From Octopus bimaculoides (lineage: Eukaryota): 43,568 nucleotides of DNA. The DNA lies in contig NC_068985.1 of NCBI RefSeq assembly GCF_001194135.2, positions 110,688,176-110,731,743 on the forward strand. The letters are read 5' to 3'. The notes under the pieces are model-generated. The model ran no database searches. It was given only the letters and a program-made list of their open reading frames with translations, and was not told where the DNA came from. Below, piece after piece: positions 1 through 11,033 of the stretch (positions are counted from its first letter, which is position 1; every line of letters starts with the position of its first letter). A program made the position numbers and the translations under genes.

Positions 1-215
1 ATATGTTTCAGTCTTTGTGTCTGTGTTTGTCCCCCACCGCCGCTTGGCAACCGGTGTTGGCTTGTTTACGGCGGTTCGACATAAGAGACCGATAGAATAA
101 GTACCAGGTTTAAAATAAATAAGTAATGGGGTCGATTCATTCGACTAAAAATCCTTCAAGTTGGTGCCCCAGCATGGCTGCAGTCTAATGACTGAAGCAG
201 ATGAAAGATAAAAGA
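1..215 (+). mobile_element. SINE family A, 3' half (older copy, cut by window edge)
   Basis: Matches the 3' half of the copies at 904-1453 and 37644-38063 (gtttgtcccc...gagaccgatagaataagtac...ccagcatggc..cagtc..atgactgaa...aaaga tail). Confidence 0.8.
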
Positions 216-883
216 GAAATCTTCAAAATGGCTACAGTTCTCTGCATTGACTATTTTGTTTTGGTTTAGCACTTCTTGATAGCCGATGCCCTTCATATCC
301 CACCAAATCCAAGACATGACATTTTTTGCGTGTCATACTTATGTGGAGCTGGGTTCTCCTCCTTCACTGTGTGGTAGCCATTTTTGCTTTCGTTGGACAT
401 GCTTATAGAGAATCCACCCTTTATCACATCTGATGATTCTACCCTAGGACAAGTTCCGTTGCAAGTTTGCCCTTCAATGATGAACAGAGTGCAACTCTAT
501 GATTGAGTTGAGTAGCAACCAGATGAGGAGAGACCCATTGATACCTACTAAACACTTTTCCTAGTTCATGAAGGGGTTTTTTGATCGAAGTATGACTGGA
601 ATCGAACTCTTTTGTTGATTCTCATGCAGCTTGCTTTGCATTTTCTGCAAAAGGACGGTTTTCATAAGCTGAATATACATAGAATTTGGTCGTCCAAATC
701 CAGAGGAATCTACAAGAAAAATATCCCCGGACGAAACTAACCAAACCATCGTTGGCATGTTTAGACTCTTAAAGCTTCATTTCCGTAGATAGAACGAATA
801 TGTGTTACCGTTTCCATTACTGAAGTGCTCCGTTTGAATTCGTACAGCATAGAATGTCTGATGGAGGCCTGATCAAAACTCAT
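213..883 (-). pseudogene. Decayed mariner (Tc1/mariner DD34D-type) transposase, N-terminal two-thirds, with stops and frameshifts
   Basis: Manual minus-strand translation from ATG at 883: MSFDQASIRHSMLYEFKRSTSVMETVTHIRSIYGNEALRV*TCQRWFG*FRP / GDIFLVDSSGFGRP ... LHELGKVFSRYQWVSPHL ... GRIIRCDKGWILYKHVQRKQKWL ... KNVMSWIWWDMKGIGYQEVLNQNKIVNA. This follows the mariner order: HTH, SGRP, WVPHEL, (T)CDEKW, then VWW motifs. Confidence 0.88.
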
Positions 884-903
884 TTTAAAATGATAAAATC
901 GAT

Positions 904-1067
904 ACGCATAGGAGTGGCTGTGTGGTAAGTAGCTTGCTCACCAACCACATGGTTCCGGGTTCAGTCCCACTACGTGGCACCTTGGGCAAGTGTCTTTTAC
1001 TATAGCCTCGGGCCGACCAAAGCCTTGTGAGTGGATTTGGTAGACGGAAACTGAAAGAAGCCTGTCG

Positions 1068-1109
<42 letters not shown>

Positions 1110-1219
1110 TAAATTGTAAATGCAAAAGATAACAACAAAAACACAAAGGATTCTGCGGTACACTTGTTTCAATCTTTATATCAGTGTATAATTGACAATA
1201 CAAAGCTATCTTCAGCCGC

Positions 1220-1252
<33 letters not shown>

Positions 1253-1453
1253 TGTATTTATACCCGCAACATCGAATGACAACCGATGGTGGTGCTTTTA
1301 CGTTCCCGTAACTTAACGGTTCAGCAAAAGAGACCGATAGTATAAGTACTAGGCTTACAAAGAATAAGTCCTGGGATCGATTTGCTCGACTAAAGGCGGT
1401 GCTTCAGCATGGCCACAGTCAAATGACTGAAACAAGTAAAAGAGTAAAGAGTA
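904..1453 (+). mobile_element. SINE family A, full length (tRNA-derived head, internal microsatellite, gtaaaaga tail)
   Basis: Head ggagtggctgtgtggtaagtagc...ggttccgggttcagtccc (A/B-box-like), then ggcaccttgggcaagtgtctt, an internal (TA)n/(TG)n and a 3' (gtaaaaga) tail. Near-identical to several other copies in the window. Confidence 0.9.
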
Positions 1454-1683
1454 TTCAACTACTATGGCATAAAGTAATATGCGAAGAAAGAATAAAACAT
1501 TAAAATGCAAAAATTATGCTTATGTTACAGGAAGTATTAAGAAAGGATCCTCAAAAATACTTGGATGATGTCAAAAATGTGACGGGGTTTTCTTTTCAAC
1601 CTGAGGCCTATTCATACTTTTGAGTGTAAGGCCTATTCGTACTTACACTCAAAAGTAAGAAAATATTTACATATTCCCAGTCA

Positions 1684-2093
1684 ATACTCATTTCTCTTTT
1701 ACTCTTTTACTTGTTTCAGTCATTTGACTGTGGCCATGCTGGAGCACCGCCTTTAGTCGAACGAATCGAGCCCAGGACTTATTCTTTGTAAGCCTAGTAC
1801 TTATTCTATCGGTCTCTTTCACCGAACCGTTAAGTAACAGGGACGTAAACACACCAGCATCGGTCGTCAAGTGATGTTGGGTGGGGGGACAAACATAGAC
1901 ACACAAACATATACACACACATACATATATATACATATAAACGACGGGCTTTTTTCAGTTTCCGTCTACCAAATCCACTCACAAGGCTTTAGTCGGCCCG
2001 AGGCTATAGCAGAAGACACTTGCCCAAGGTGCCACGCAGTGAGACTGAACCCGGAACCATGTGCTACTTACCACACAGCCACTCCTACGCCTA
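1684..2093 (-). mobile_element. SINE family A, near full length, short deletion in head
   Basis: Reverse complement of the 904-1453 element; about 13 nt are missing between gaaccatgtg and ctacttacc. Confidence 0.9.
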
Positions 2094-2825
2094 TAGCTAG
2101 ATATGTTTAACACACACACACACAAAGAATGTCATTGTCCGACAACCCTTTCAGTCGTTGTGCACTCTCACTGATTAAACATCTCGCTTAGATGAACTAA
2201 CATTGTATTGTATGTGTTCACGTCCATATTGATGCTGTGCATATTAGCTTTTGACATGTATTTTAGTGTTCCAGCATATATTTCGTCCTTCCCACCCCGC
2301 TGTAGAGAACTTTGAAGGTATTTTCGCAATCTTTTGAAATGATTATTTCTCGGTGAGAAAGTGACCACATCCTTGTCATTTTATCTAACAAGCAAACGCA
2401 TGATGTCAGTAGCTGATTTATATTTTACAGCTAAACGAACAACTCCGTTTGCTTTGCAGTGAGTCTCCTGTATTAAAAGGAAAGCTATATTTCTGACGTG
2501 TAAACGATACAAACTAGCTTCAACATATATTAATGTCTCAATGTATTTAATTGATTACAACAAATACGCGCCTATTCACTGAACATAGTGTCAGGAGCAA
2601 CAACATTATATCAGACAAGTTGCTGATATGGCGACGAAATTTACTTCTCTACATCCTTGTTAAAAGAGAAGAATACCGCTATAAAATTTGCTTTCTTTTG
2701 AATGAAAATTGTCGGTAATATTTTGCAACATGGATCTAATAATTTCGTGTTATTATCTTTAAGAAAGTCAAGACGATACAAGAAATAGACTGACCTGTGT
2801 GTGTAGAATATTAACAAAGAAATAT

Positions 2826-3030
2826 TGGTTTCAAATTTTGGCACAAGGCCAACGATTTCGGGGGAGGGGCTAAGTCGATTAAGTGCTCAACTGGTACTTA
2901 CTTTATCGACCTCGAAAGAATAAAAGGCAAAAGTCGGCCCTGGAAGAATTTGAACCCAGAACGTAAGGGCGGACGAAATGCAACTAATCATTGTGCCTGG
3001 CGTGCTAACGATTCTGTCAGCTCACCGCCT
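2826..3030 (-). mobile_element. SINE family B (tRNA-derived head ggcggtgagctg.cagaatcgttagcacg)
   Basis: Minus strand has a tRNA-like head with B-box-like gttctgggttcaaattc. Homologous segments at 27088-27275 and 38135-38272. Confidence 0.75.
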
Positions 3031-3169
3031 GCTGTTGTTAAAGAAATACTGCTGCATAAAATTCTTTCTAACCACATTCCTGCATACTCGAACTTGAAAA
3101 TTGCTTTTCGTTGTAGTGTATCGTATCAGAGAACGCCCTCTATAGACGGTGTTTGGAAACAAAACACTG

Positions 3170-3485
3170 CTCTAAAGGACATACGTTGACTATTGGATAC
3201 CGAGATTTCAGCGTAATTGGCAGCTCGTCAGTATTCGACTACATCCTATCCCTTGGAGCTAAATAGAAACTACTGTTCATGGCTATCGAATCAGTGAATG
3301 ATATATTTTCTGTTGGGCGCCGTGGCTTGTCAAATTGAGATTAAGTAATACATACACAAAGCAGGTATAGTACTTGCTTCAAGGGACATAAGTGGACTTG
3401 TAGACACTGGTGTTTCGGCATAATTGTCAGCTGCTCAGTATCAGACAGCGTCTTATCCCATGGAGCTAAGCAGAAACTATTGTTC
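3170..3485. repeat. Two diverged direct copies (3174-3278, 3381-3485) of a 105-bp unique sequence, each foldable into an 89-nt hairpin
   Basis: Manual ungapped alignment gives 79/105 identity at an offset of 207 nt. Confidence 0.85.
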
Positions 3486-5482
3486 TTACCAATAAAGATC
3501 AGAAAATTAGCTGATGTGTGAGGTAACTTGTTAAGCCACGATTAAATTATTACTGGCACACACAACAGAAATATCGGATTCAGTTTTACGCACCTTTAGA
3601 CTTAATGTTGACAGTTACACAACCAGTAGACATCTCGAATTTTTTAACAATCAGTTCACGATGGCATTGCTACCGACGGTTATGCAGTTCCCTTGTAAGT
3701 CAAATATACGAACGCTATCCAGCTTACCTCGTATCTCGACGTTGTTGCAACTCATGGAGCAACCAACAGCTAACACCGTTTGATTCGATTTATGAAGCTC
3801 ACATGTCTTTCATTTTCTTTGCATAAACTAAAACACTTGCATGAACATTGATAATATGAACGGATACACATTAATGTTACAAGCCATTATAGCTCATATG
3901 TTTATTACAAACCTTTACAGCTTACGGTTACACATCTTTCTACATCGTTTATTATAAGGTGTCTCAACCTCGAACAGAACTTTCTTTTCATCCAGTCTTA
4001 ATAGGAGTCACAAGTTAAGCTGAAATAAAATCCGAAGCAGTAAATATTATCTGTCAGTTTCCGTAAAATGTATGTCTGTTTTTTTCTCTTTTCTCGTGAC
4101 TGAAATATGAAAATATGAATTCTTCAATAAACATCGAGATATGAACATTTCTGTATATGTATTTCTTTGAATGCATGTATTATTTTCTTTATTATTGTTG
4201 TCTAGTTCAATGAAATCTCTATTCGCAAATTTGAATTCTAACATATGCACTATGATGCATATCCCATTACCTAAAAGGAACAGACCTATGCACCATAAGT
4301 GAAGAAATGGTGATACAAACCTTTGGAGATATAATTAATTAAAAGCACATAAATTTATTGGAAGCAAAACTTAGTAGCAATGATTAAAATATAGAGGTGT
4401 GCAGTTATATTTACCATGTTCGTGTTCGCCCAAACATGGAAAGGCCTTCGCTGCAGATGTTATCTCGAGAGAGAAATTTTCATTCACATTATTGACAATG
4501 TGTGTTAAAAGACTCAACTGCGCCATAGATGACGTCATCGGACAGTAGGATCACAAGACCACCGGACGTCAAGGGTCGTACGACACGTATTTCTGCATGG
4601 TTACGCTTCATCAGCTGCGGACACCGAGTTCATCGTTCATAGTCCATTAAGAACTGTGATTCTTACATGTTTATAGAAAATAATAAATTTGCTGAAGTGT
4701 ACAAAGCTTTGTATATATATAAATAGAATTACTATTCATTTATTGTTTTCTCAGTGCATCCATTTCACGTTTATTTACTACAATATGATTGCTGTAATAA
4801 TTTCTGCCAGGTTAAAAGCGAAGCAAGTTCAATAGCTGTTGTAACCAGTCCGTGGAGAAGCTCAAAAGCAAATGCACGCTTCCCTTGATAATATTCTACA
4901 CATAGAGCAATCCATTGTCCGGTGTTATACATTTCATGCATTTTGCAGAGGTAACATAATGGATTATTCAATGAAGAACATTAGTGCTTGTATTCTATAT
5001 CGTAAAACACTATCGACATCAATTTTCACTCAAAAGGAAGCGGTTTTTAAACAACGATGAAGACAGAGGTTTTCGCTATTACCACACTATCAAATGGACT
5101 GGCGTATTGTTGCGACTAATTCTGTACTCAACAAACAAGCGTGTGGTTGTCGTATTCAATTAATTTTATCGAAAAATTTATCGAATGCAATAACGGTACT
5201 CCACAAGCTCGTACCTTTTGCATGTCACAAATTAGATTTTCCTTTCTGGTGTAAGCGATTCGCTAAAAGTGTAACAGCAGCTGACAAAATGAAATGAATG
5301 GTCAGCGTGACATTTAAATTATCGTGATGAAGCTTGTAGAAAATATTTTGAATTTCTGTATGAAGTATATTTGATATTCGTTTTCATAGCACCGAATACA
5401 TGTTGAATTATAGTATACTCTTTTATGATTAAATATCTTATATAAATTGAGATTGTACTGCTTCAGTTTCAGTGCGACACTT

Positions 5483-5527
<45 letters not shown>

Positions 5528-5905
5528 NNNNNNNNNNNNNNNNNNNNNNNNNNNNNNNNNNNNNNNNNNNNNNNNNNNNNNNNNNNNNNNNNNNNNNNNN
5601 NNNNNNNNNNNNNNNNNNNNNNNNNNNNNNNNNNNNNNNNNNNNNNNNNNNNNNNNNNNNNNNNNNNNNNNNNNNNNNNNNNNNNNNNNNNNNNNNNNNN
5701 NNNNNNNNNNNNNNNNNNNNNNNNNNNNNNNNNNNNNNNNNNNNNNNNNNNNNNNNNNNNNNNNNNNNNNNNNNNNNNNNNNNNNNNNNNNNNNNNNNNN
5801 NNNNNNNNNNNNNNNNNNNNNNNNNNNNNNNNNNNNNNNNNNNNNNNNNNNNNNNNNNNNNNNNNNNNNNNNNNNNNNNNNNNNNNNNNNNNNNNNNNNN
5901 NNNNN

Positions 5906-5949
<44 letters not shown>

Positions 5950-6436
5950 TAAATAGAGCGGTAATATTGACAATCCAATAAGTTATTTATATTGTAATTA
6001 TACATGATATCATATGAATATAATATAACATAATTTTATGTAATATAAACAGTGATTTTAAAAAAACCCATAAAATTCCAACAAATTGTTTCGACTTATA
6101 TATATTTTCTGATATACATAAATAATAACAGTTCCCTTATATATAAAGTCACTTCAGGGTCATAGTTTAAAGACAGACGAAATTCCGTGTGAAAGGACGG
6201 CTGGATTGTAAAAATTGATTCAAACGTCTATACATTATGAGCGTGAGCGTTAGCTATTCAACCATACGTCAATTACAATTAAAAAACAACAAAAACACTA
6301 ACGGGCGATACAACCAAGTAACTGCAATCTACAACTTCATTACATCTCAAATATATACCAATCGAAACCCTTTCACGTCCAAGAGAGTCCCTTGTCACCA
6401 CAACAAACAATAATACGATATATATATATATATATC

Positions 6437-6599
6437 TCCGTGTTTTTCTCCTTGTCTCCGTATTCTTTCTGTTGAAGAGCGTAGCTCGAAACGTCAAAGA
6501 CTTTCCGTATTCCCGAGCGTCATACTAATATATACTTTTGTTATTTACACCACCTGTCCTCGTCTGTTGTTATTATTTGTATATTCTCCCTCCTATATA
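6437..6599 (+). mobile_element. Penelope-like-element-type terminal repeat fragment
   Basis: Homologous to the reverse complement of 16433-16600 (tttctgttgaagagcgta(g)gctcgaaacgt...gagcgtca.acta...acctgtc.tcgtc). Carries a hammerhead-like core typical of PLE repeats. Confidence 0.6.
6464..6500 (+). ncRNA. Atypical minimal type I hammerhead-like motif
   Basis: tcttt CTGTTGA A gagc-gta-gctc GAAA C GTC aaaga: 5-bp stem I, 4-bp stem II, palindromic ACGU stem III, GUC site. The core is CUGUUGA instead of CUGANGA. Confidence 0.5.
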
Positions 6600-6916
6600 N
6601 NNNNNNNNNNNNNNNNNNNNNNNNNNNNNNNNNNNNNNNNNNNNNNNNNNNNNNNNNNNNNNNNNNNNNNNNNNNNNNNNNNNNNNNNNNNNNNNNNNNN
6701 NNNNNNNNNNNNNNNNNNNNNNNNNNNNNNNNNNNNNNNNNNNNNNNNNNNNNNNNNNNNNNNNNNNNNNNNNNNNNNNNNNNNNNNNNNNNNNNNNNNN
6801 NNNNNNNNNNNNNNNNNNNNNNNNNNNNNNNNNNNNNNNNNNNNNNNNNNNNNNNNNNNNNNNNNNNNNNNNNNNNNNNNNNNNNNNNNNNNNNNNNNNN
6901 NNNNNNNNNNNNNNNN

Positions 6917-7066
6917 GTTACTCACTTTTGCCAGCTGAGTGAACTGGAGCAACGTGAAATGAAGTGTTTCACTCCAGAACACAAAGCGTCACTCGGTCCA
7001 GGAATCGAAACCACAATCTCACGATCATGATGCTGACTCCCTAACCACTAAGCCACGCGCTTCCAC
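6917..7066 (-). mobile_element. tRNA-derived SINE family E, 5' part
   Basis: Minus strand reads gcgcgtggcttagtggttaggg...ggtttcgattcc (A/B boxes), then atttcacgttgctccagttcactcagctg, shared with 39050-39378. Confidence 0.8.
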
Positions 7067-7403
7067 GCTTTTTCAATGTAACAATTCTTATTTATTTAAA
7101 TTAATTGATATATAAAAAAATAGTGTTTAAATTAACTTATAATAATAATCTATATTTATTGTTTTCTCGGAGGGATAATTCCGTAGTAGATATGAATAGA
7201 AACCTAATAAAAATGTTACTTGTTTACTTAATTTATCGTAGGTTGTATCATCCGTTAGAATGTTTTTGTTGTTTTTAAATCGTAATTCTTCCCAGATACG
7301 CGTCTGGGAGGAATTCTCTTATCGCATTGATATAGTTCGTGGTGCAGGTGGTGGTCACATTTAACACTTGCAAGACAGGAAATAAAAGTCTTTCCCCAGA
7401 TGT

Positions 7404-7540
7404 CTCATCATCGTCATCGTCGTTTAATGTCCGCTTTCCATGCTGGCATGGGTTGGACGGTTTCAATGAATCCAAAAGGCTGCATCAGCCTCCAATCTGA
7501 TCTAGCAGAGTTTCTACAGCTGGATGCCCTTCCTAACGCA
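7404..7540 (-). mobile_element. Dispersed repeat fragment (SINE/LINE 3'-tail-like, ending in GAT-type repeats)
   Basis: Contains ccatgctggcatggg, whose reverse complement recurs near 28085 (ccatgccagcatgg), and a (tca/tcg)n terminal tract. Confidence 0.45.
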
Positions 7541-7807
7541 GACTACATTTCTAATTCTACAGCTAATGTCAGGGTTAATCCTACATACCATACGGTCATC
7601 ATTGGTGCATATGATATTCTCAAAGGGGTACATCCTACATAGTTGTGATCTGATGGACGATCGTAATGTTGAGTTTGTCCCACTTCCGAGCTTTCCTAAA
7701 TCTACGGGCTAGTTCTCCATGGGCTGTGGCCTCTACAAACAACATTCCTTGATAGTTGTCGGGCTTGTACCACGTGTTCACACTGTTTGCTTTATGGCAC
7801 ACCTTTG

Positions 7808-7810
<3 letters not shown>
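7538..7810 (-). mobile_element. Penelope-like retroelement relic (RT to GIY-YIG linker region), frameshifted
   Basis: Minus-strand translation NTWYKPDNYQGMLFVEATAHGELARRFRKARKWDKLNITIV / LCRMYPFENIICTNDDRMVCRINPDISCRIRNVVC. It resembles the WYK..Y..VLFVPATP..EL and PF...C...C.VC......C....VVY linker of PLEs (recognised from memory). Confidence 0.7.
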
Positions 7811-7853
<43 letters not shown>

Positions 7854-9228
7854 NNNNNNNNNNNNNNNNNNNNNNNNNNNNNNNNNNNNNNNNNNNNNNN
7901 NNNNNNNNNNNNNNNNNNNNNNNNNNNNNNNNNNNNNNNNNNNNNNNNNNNNNNNNNNNNNNNNNNNNNNNNNNNNNNNNNNNNNNNNNNNNNNNNNNNN
8001 NNNNNNNNNNNNNNNNNNNNNNNNNNNNNNNNNNNNNNNNNNNNNNNNNNNNNNNNNNNNNNNNNNNNNNNNNNNNNNNNNNNNNNNNNNNNNNNNNNNN
8101 NNNNNNNNNNNNNNNNNNNNNNNNNNNNNNNNNNNNNNNNNNNNNNNNNNNNNNNNNNNNNNNNNNNNNNNNNNNNNNNNNNNNNNNNNNNNNNNNNNNN
8201 NNNNNNNNNNNNNNNNNNNNNNNNNNNNNNNNNNNNNNNNNNNNNNNNNNNNNNNNNNNNNNNNNNNNNNNNNNNNNNNNNNNNNNNNNNNNNNNNNNNN
8301 NNNNNNNNNNNNNNNNNNNNNNNNNNNNNNNNNNNNNNNNNNNNNNNNNNNNNNNNNNNNNNNNNNNNNNNNNNNNNNNNNNNNNNNNNNNNNNNNNNNN
8401 NNNNNNNNNNNNNNNNNNNNNNNNNNNNNNNNNNNNNNNNNNNNNNNNNNNNNNNNNNNNNNNNNNNNNNNNNNNNNNNNNNNNNNNNNNNNNNNNNNNN
8501 NNNNNNNNNNNNNNNNNNNNNNNNNNNNNNNNNNNNNNNNNNNNNNNNNNNNNNNNNNNNNNNNNNNNNNNNNNNNNNNNNNNNNNNNNNNNNNNNNNNN
8601 NNNNNNNNNNNNNNNNNNNNNNNNNNNNNNNNNNNNNNNNNNNNNNNNNNNNNNNNNNNNNNNNNNNNNNNNNNNNNNNNNNNNNNNNNNNNNNNNNNNN
8701 NNNNNNNNNNNNNNNNNNNNNNNNNNNNNNNNNNNNNNNNNNNNNNNNNNNNNNNNNNNNNNNNNNNNNNNNNNNNNNNNNNNNNNNNNNNNNNNATATA
8801 TATATATATATACGGTCTGACAAAAGGGAACGCGAAACCCTGAGTAACAGTTTTGTGATAGTTTAGCAGCTTAAATGAGAGCATATTACTCTACCTTTGG
8901 TATTCGAGTACTACTTCTTCCACCTTCTTTTGCATTTATGTGCTTGTGCGTGTATATACATACACACACACATTTATAATTCATCTCGTAATGCAAATGT
9001 GTCTGTGTGCTTGTCTGATCCCATTGAACTGACTATCCCGTTATTTAAGACACGTGGTTTATTTAAAACAGCAGGGTTCATTTTAAGGGTATTTAGGCTG
9101 TTGTATCTACCACGTCGAGTAGCCACGTAGATGGTCTTTTGTGTGCAAGTAAAGCAGAGAACAAAGGCGTAGAAATAAAGTAGATACATATGTGTGTGTG
9201 TGTGTACAAGTAGATGCACGCATACGCT

Positions 9229-9231
9229 CAC

Positions 9232-9296
<65 letters not shown>
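9229..9296. repeat. (CA)n microsatellite
   Basis: Direct reading. Confidence 0.95.
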
Positions 9297-9300
<4 letters not shown>

Positions 9301-9534
9301 CCCTTTATCTCTGAATTTGCCTATGTGAATAGGGGAGATTTTTGTGTACACAATATGTGTATGTGTGTGTGTGCTTGTAGGTATATGTTAAGTGTATGTG
9401 TTTTCGTCTGTGCACTTGTATGTGTGCGAATAGTCCGTATTTCGAACGAAAATGACATCAAGTGCTTTAGTATCATGTGACAACCTAATGCCAATCACGC
9501 CGTTAAGCTATTTGTTAGGAGTACACAGAATACG

Positions 9535-10140
9535 ATTGAGAGAGAGTGGGAGGGCGTAAAAAGGAGAAAGAGAAAGAGTAGAAAGGACAGAGAAAGAGTG
9601 GGAGAGAGAGGACAAGGAGAAGAGTGAGTGAGAGTGAGAGAGAGAGAGGGTGATAGAGAGTGAGAGAGAGAAAGAGTAGAGAGGAGAGTGAAATTGAGAG
9701 AGAGTAAGAGAGAGGGTGAGAAAGGGAGAGCGAGAGAAAGAGTAAAGAGAGGGAGAGAGAGGGAGAGAAAGAAGGGATGAGAGAGAGAGGAAGGGTAAAA
9801 AAGAGAGAGAGCGAGAAAGAGAAAAAGGGTATAGCAATGAGAGAGGGAGAGAGAGAGAAAGTGTAAAAGGAGAGAGAGAGGGAGAAGGAGGGGAGAGAGG
9901 GGGGAAGAGACGGGACTAAAGACATGGAAAAGATTAACAGAATGCTATAGACGAAGGCAGATGAACATACAGACATACATAAACACACACACATACATAT
10001 GTACAGACATACATATAGATATGTATATATATTTATAGGGAGACAAAAAAAAAGAGATAGAGAAATAGTGAGAGAGTGAGAGAGAGAGAGAGAAAGAGGA
10101 AGGGGAAAGAGAAAGAGAGAGAGTGAGACGGGGGAGAGTG
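9535..10140. repeat. ~600-bp degenerate GA-rich polypurine tract with a (TACA)/(CA)-like island near 9960-10035
   Basis: Direct reading; the + strand is almost all purine outside the island. Confidence 0.9.
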
Positions 10141-11033
10141 TGTAAAGCCATGAAAGAGTTGAAGGGACAATTGCGTAACAATACCAAGGAAAACTGAATG
10201 TTAAGCGCCATTTTGAGTACAACAGACCTGAGTCATCGGCACGTATAATGTATATTGTTGTTACTGTTTTTGGTGGCGGTGATAATTAGGGGCTAGCAAT
10301 TAATACAACGACATAATTACTAGGCAGCGTTTGATGGAAATAAGCATTGTATTATCTCGCCACTTCGTCCTGTGACCGTCTCAGACAAAATGAAAGTCTG
10401 AACACGTGACAAAATCGACGACAAAATAATGCATATGTTGTCTCTGTCTTTCTATCTTTCTCTCTTTTTCTTTTCTCCTACCATCAAACATCTGACGTCT
10501 GCCTTACGAATTGTACTCTTTACCACCTTGTAAGCGCATTACTTTGTTTTTATTTTTACTGTTGTTGTTACTCTTGTTGGTCTGGTGTCTTTCTGCTGTT
10601 GTGATTGTTGTTATTGTTGGTGCCTTTGTCGTTGTCATTTTACTATTGTCACCACTGCCGATGTTGCCACCGTTGTTTTCGTTGCGATATTGTTATTGTG
10701 GTTGCCGTTAAGATCCAAAAGCCAGTTATTACTTCAGCTCTCAACAACTACGAATGAAACTCTCAATGAAATAACAGTCCCCACATCTAGAACGTTGCTG
10801 CTACCAGACATACACGCAACACAAACTGCATCATTAAATGGTCAATGATGCGAAGTTTCTTGCCAACACAATCCAAGTTCTAGTCAATGGACGTGACGTT
10901 ACCTCACTTTCACTTCACTATCGCTGTTACTGTCGCATCTACTCCTTGCAGTCAGCCGGTCTCGCATTCTGCATCATAGTGTATCCCCCAAAGGCCCCAT
11001 ACTAACTACATCCAGTTCTGATGATCTCTAAGT

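Noticed and set aside
911-970. tRNA-like sequences (also at 6990-7066, 17659-17722, 25831-25890, 32455-32512, 37650-37710, 39050-39105)
   Set aside because: They have A/B-box-like motifs but no complete cloverleaf and continue directly into SINE bodies, so they are SINE heads, not tRNA genes.
3174-3485. The duplicated 105-bp units as mutually exclusive coding exons, or as H/ACA or C/D snoRNAs
   Set aside because: The minus-strand exon reading has stops in all three frames in copy 1 and no GT donor in copy 2. The plus frame has a stop in copy 1 and mostly non-synonymous changes. H/ACA box spacing is non-canonical and there is no C box.
4755-4971. ORFs and splice-like sites at 4755-4971 (VKSEASSIAVVTSPW... 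on +; EYYQGKRAFAF... on -)
   Set aside because: Conflicting weak candidates on both strands and no recognisable homology.
10505-10720. Asn/Thr-rich minus-strand frame (NENNGGNIGSGDNSKMTTTKAP...) ending at a GTAAGG donor, and the hydrophobic plus ORF 10511-10711
   Set aside because: Degenerate (AAC/GTT) simple repeat; an in-frame stop lies just upstream and there is no credible acceptor.
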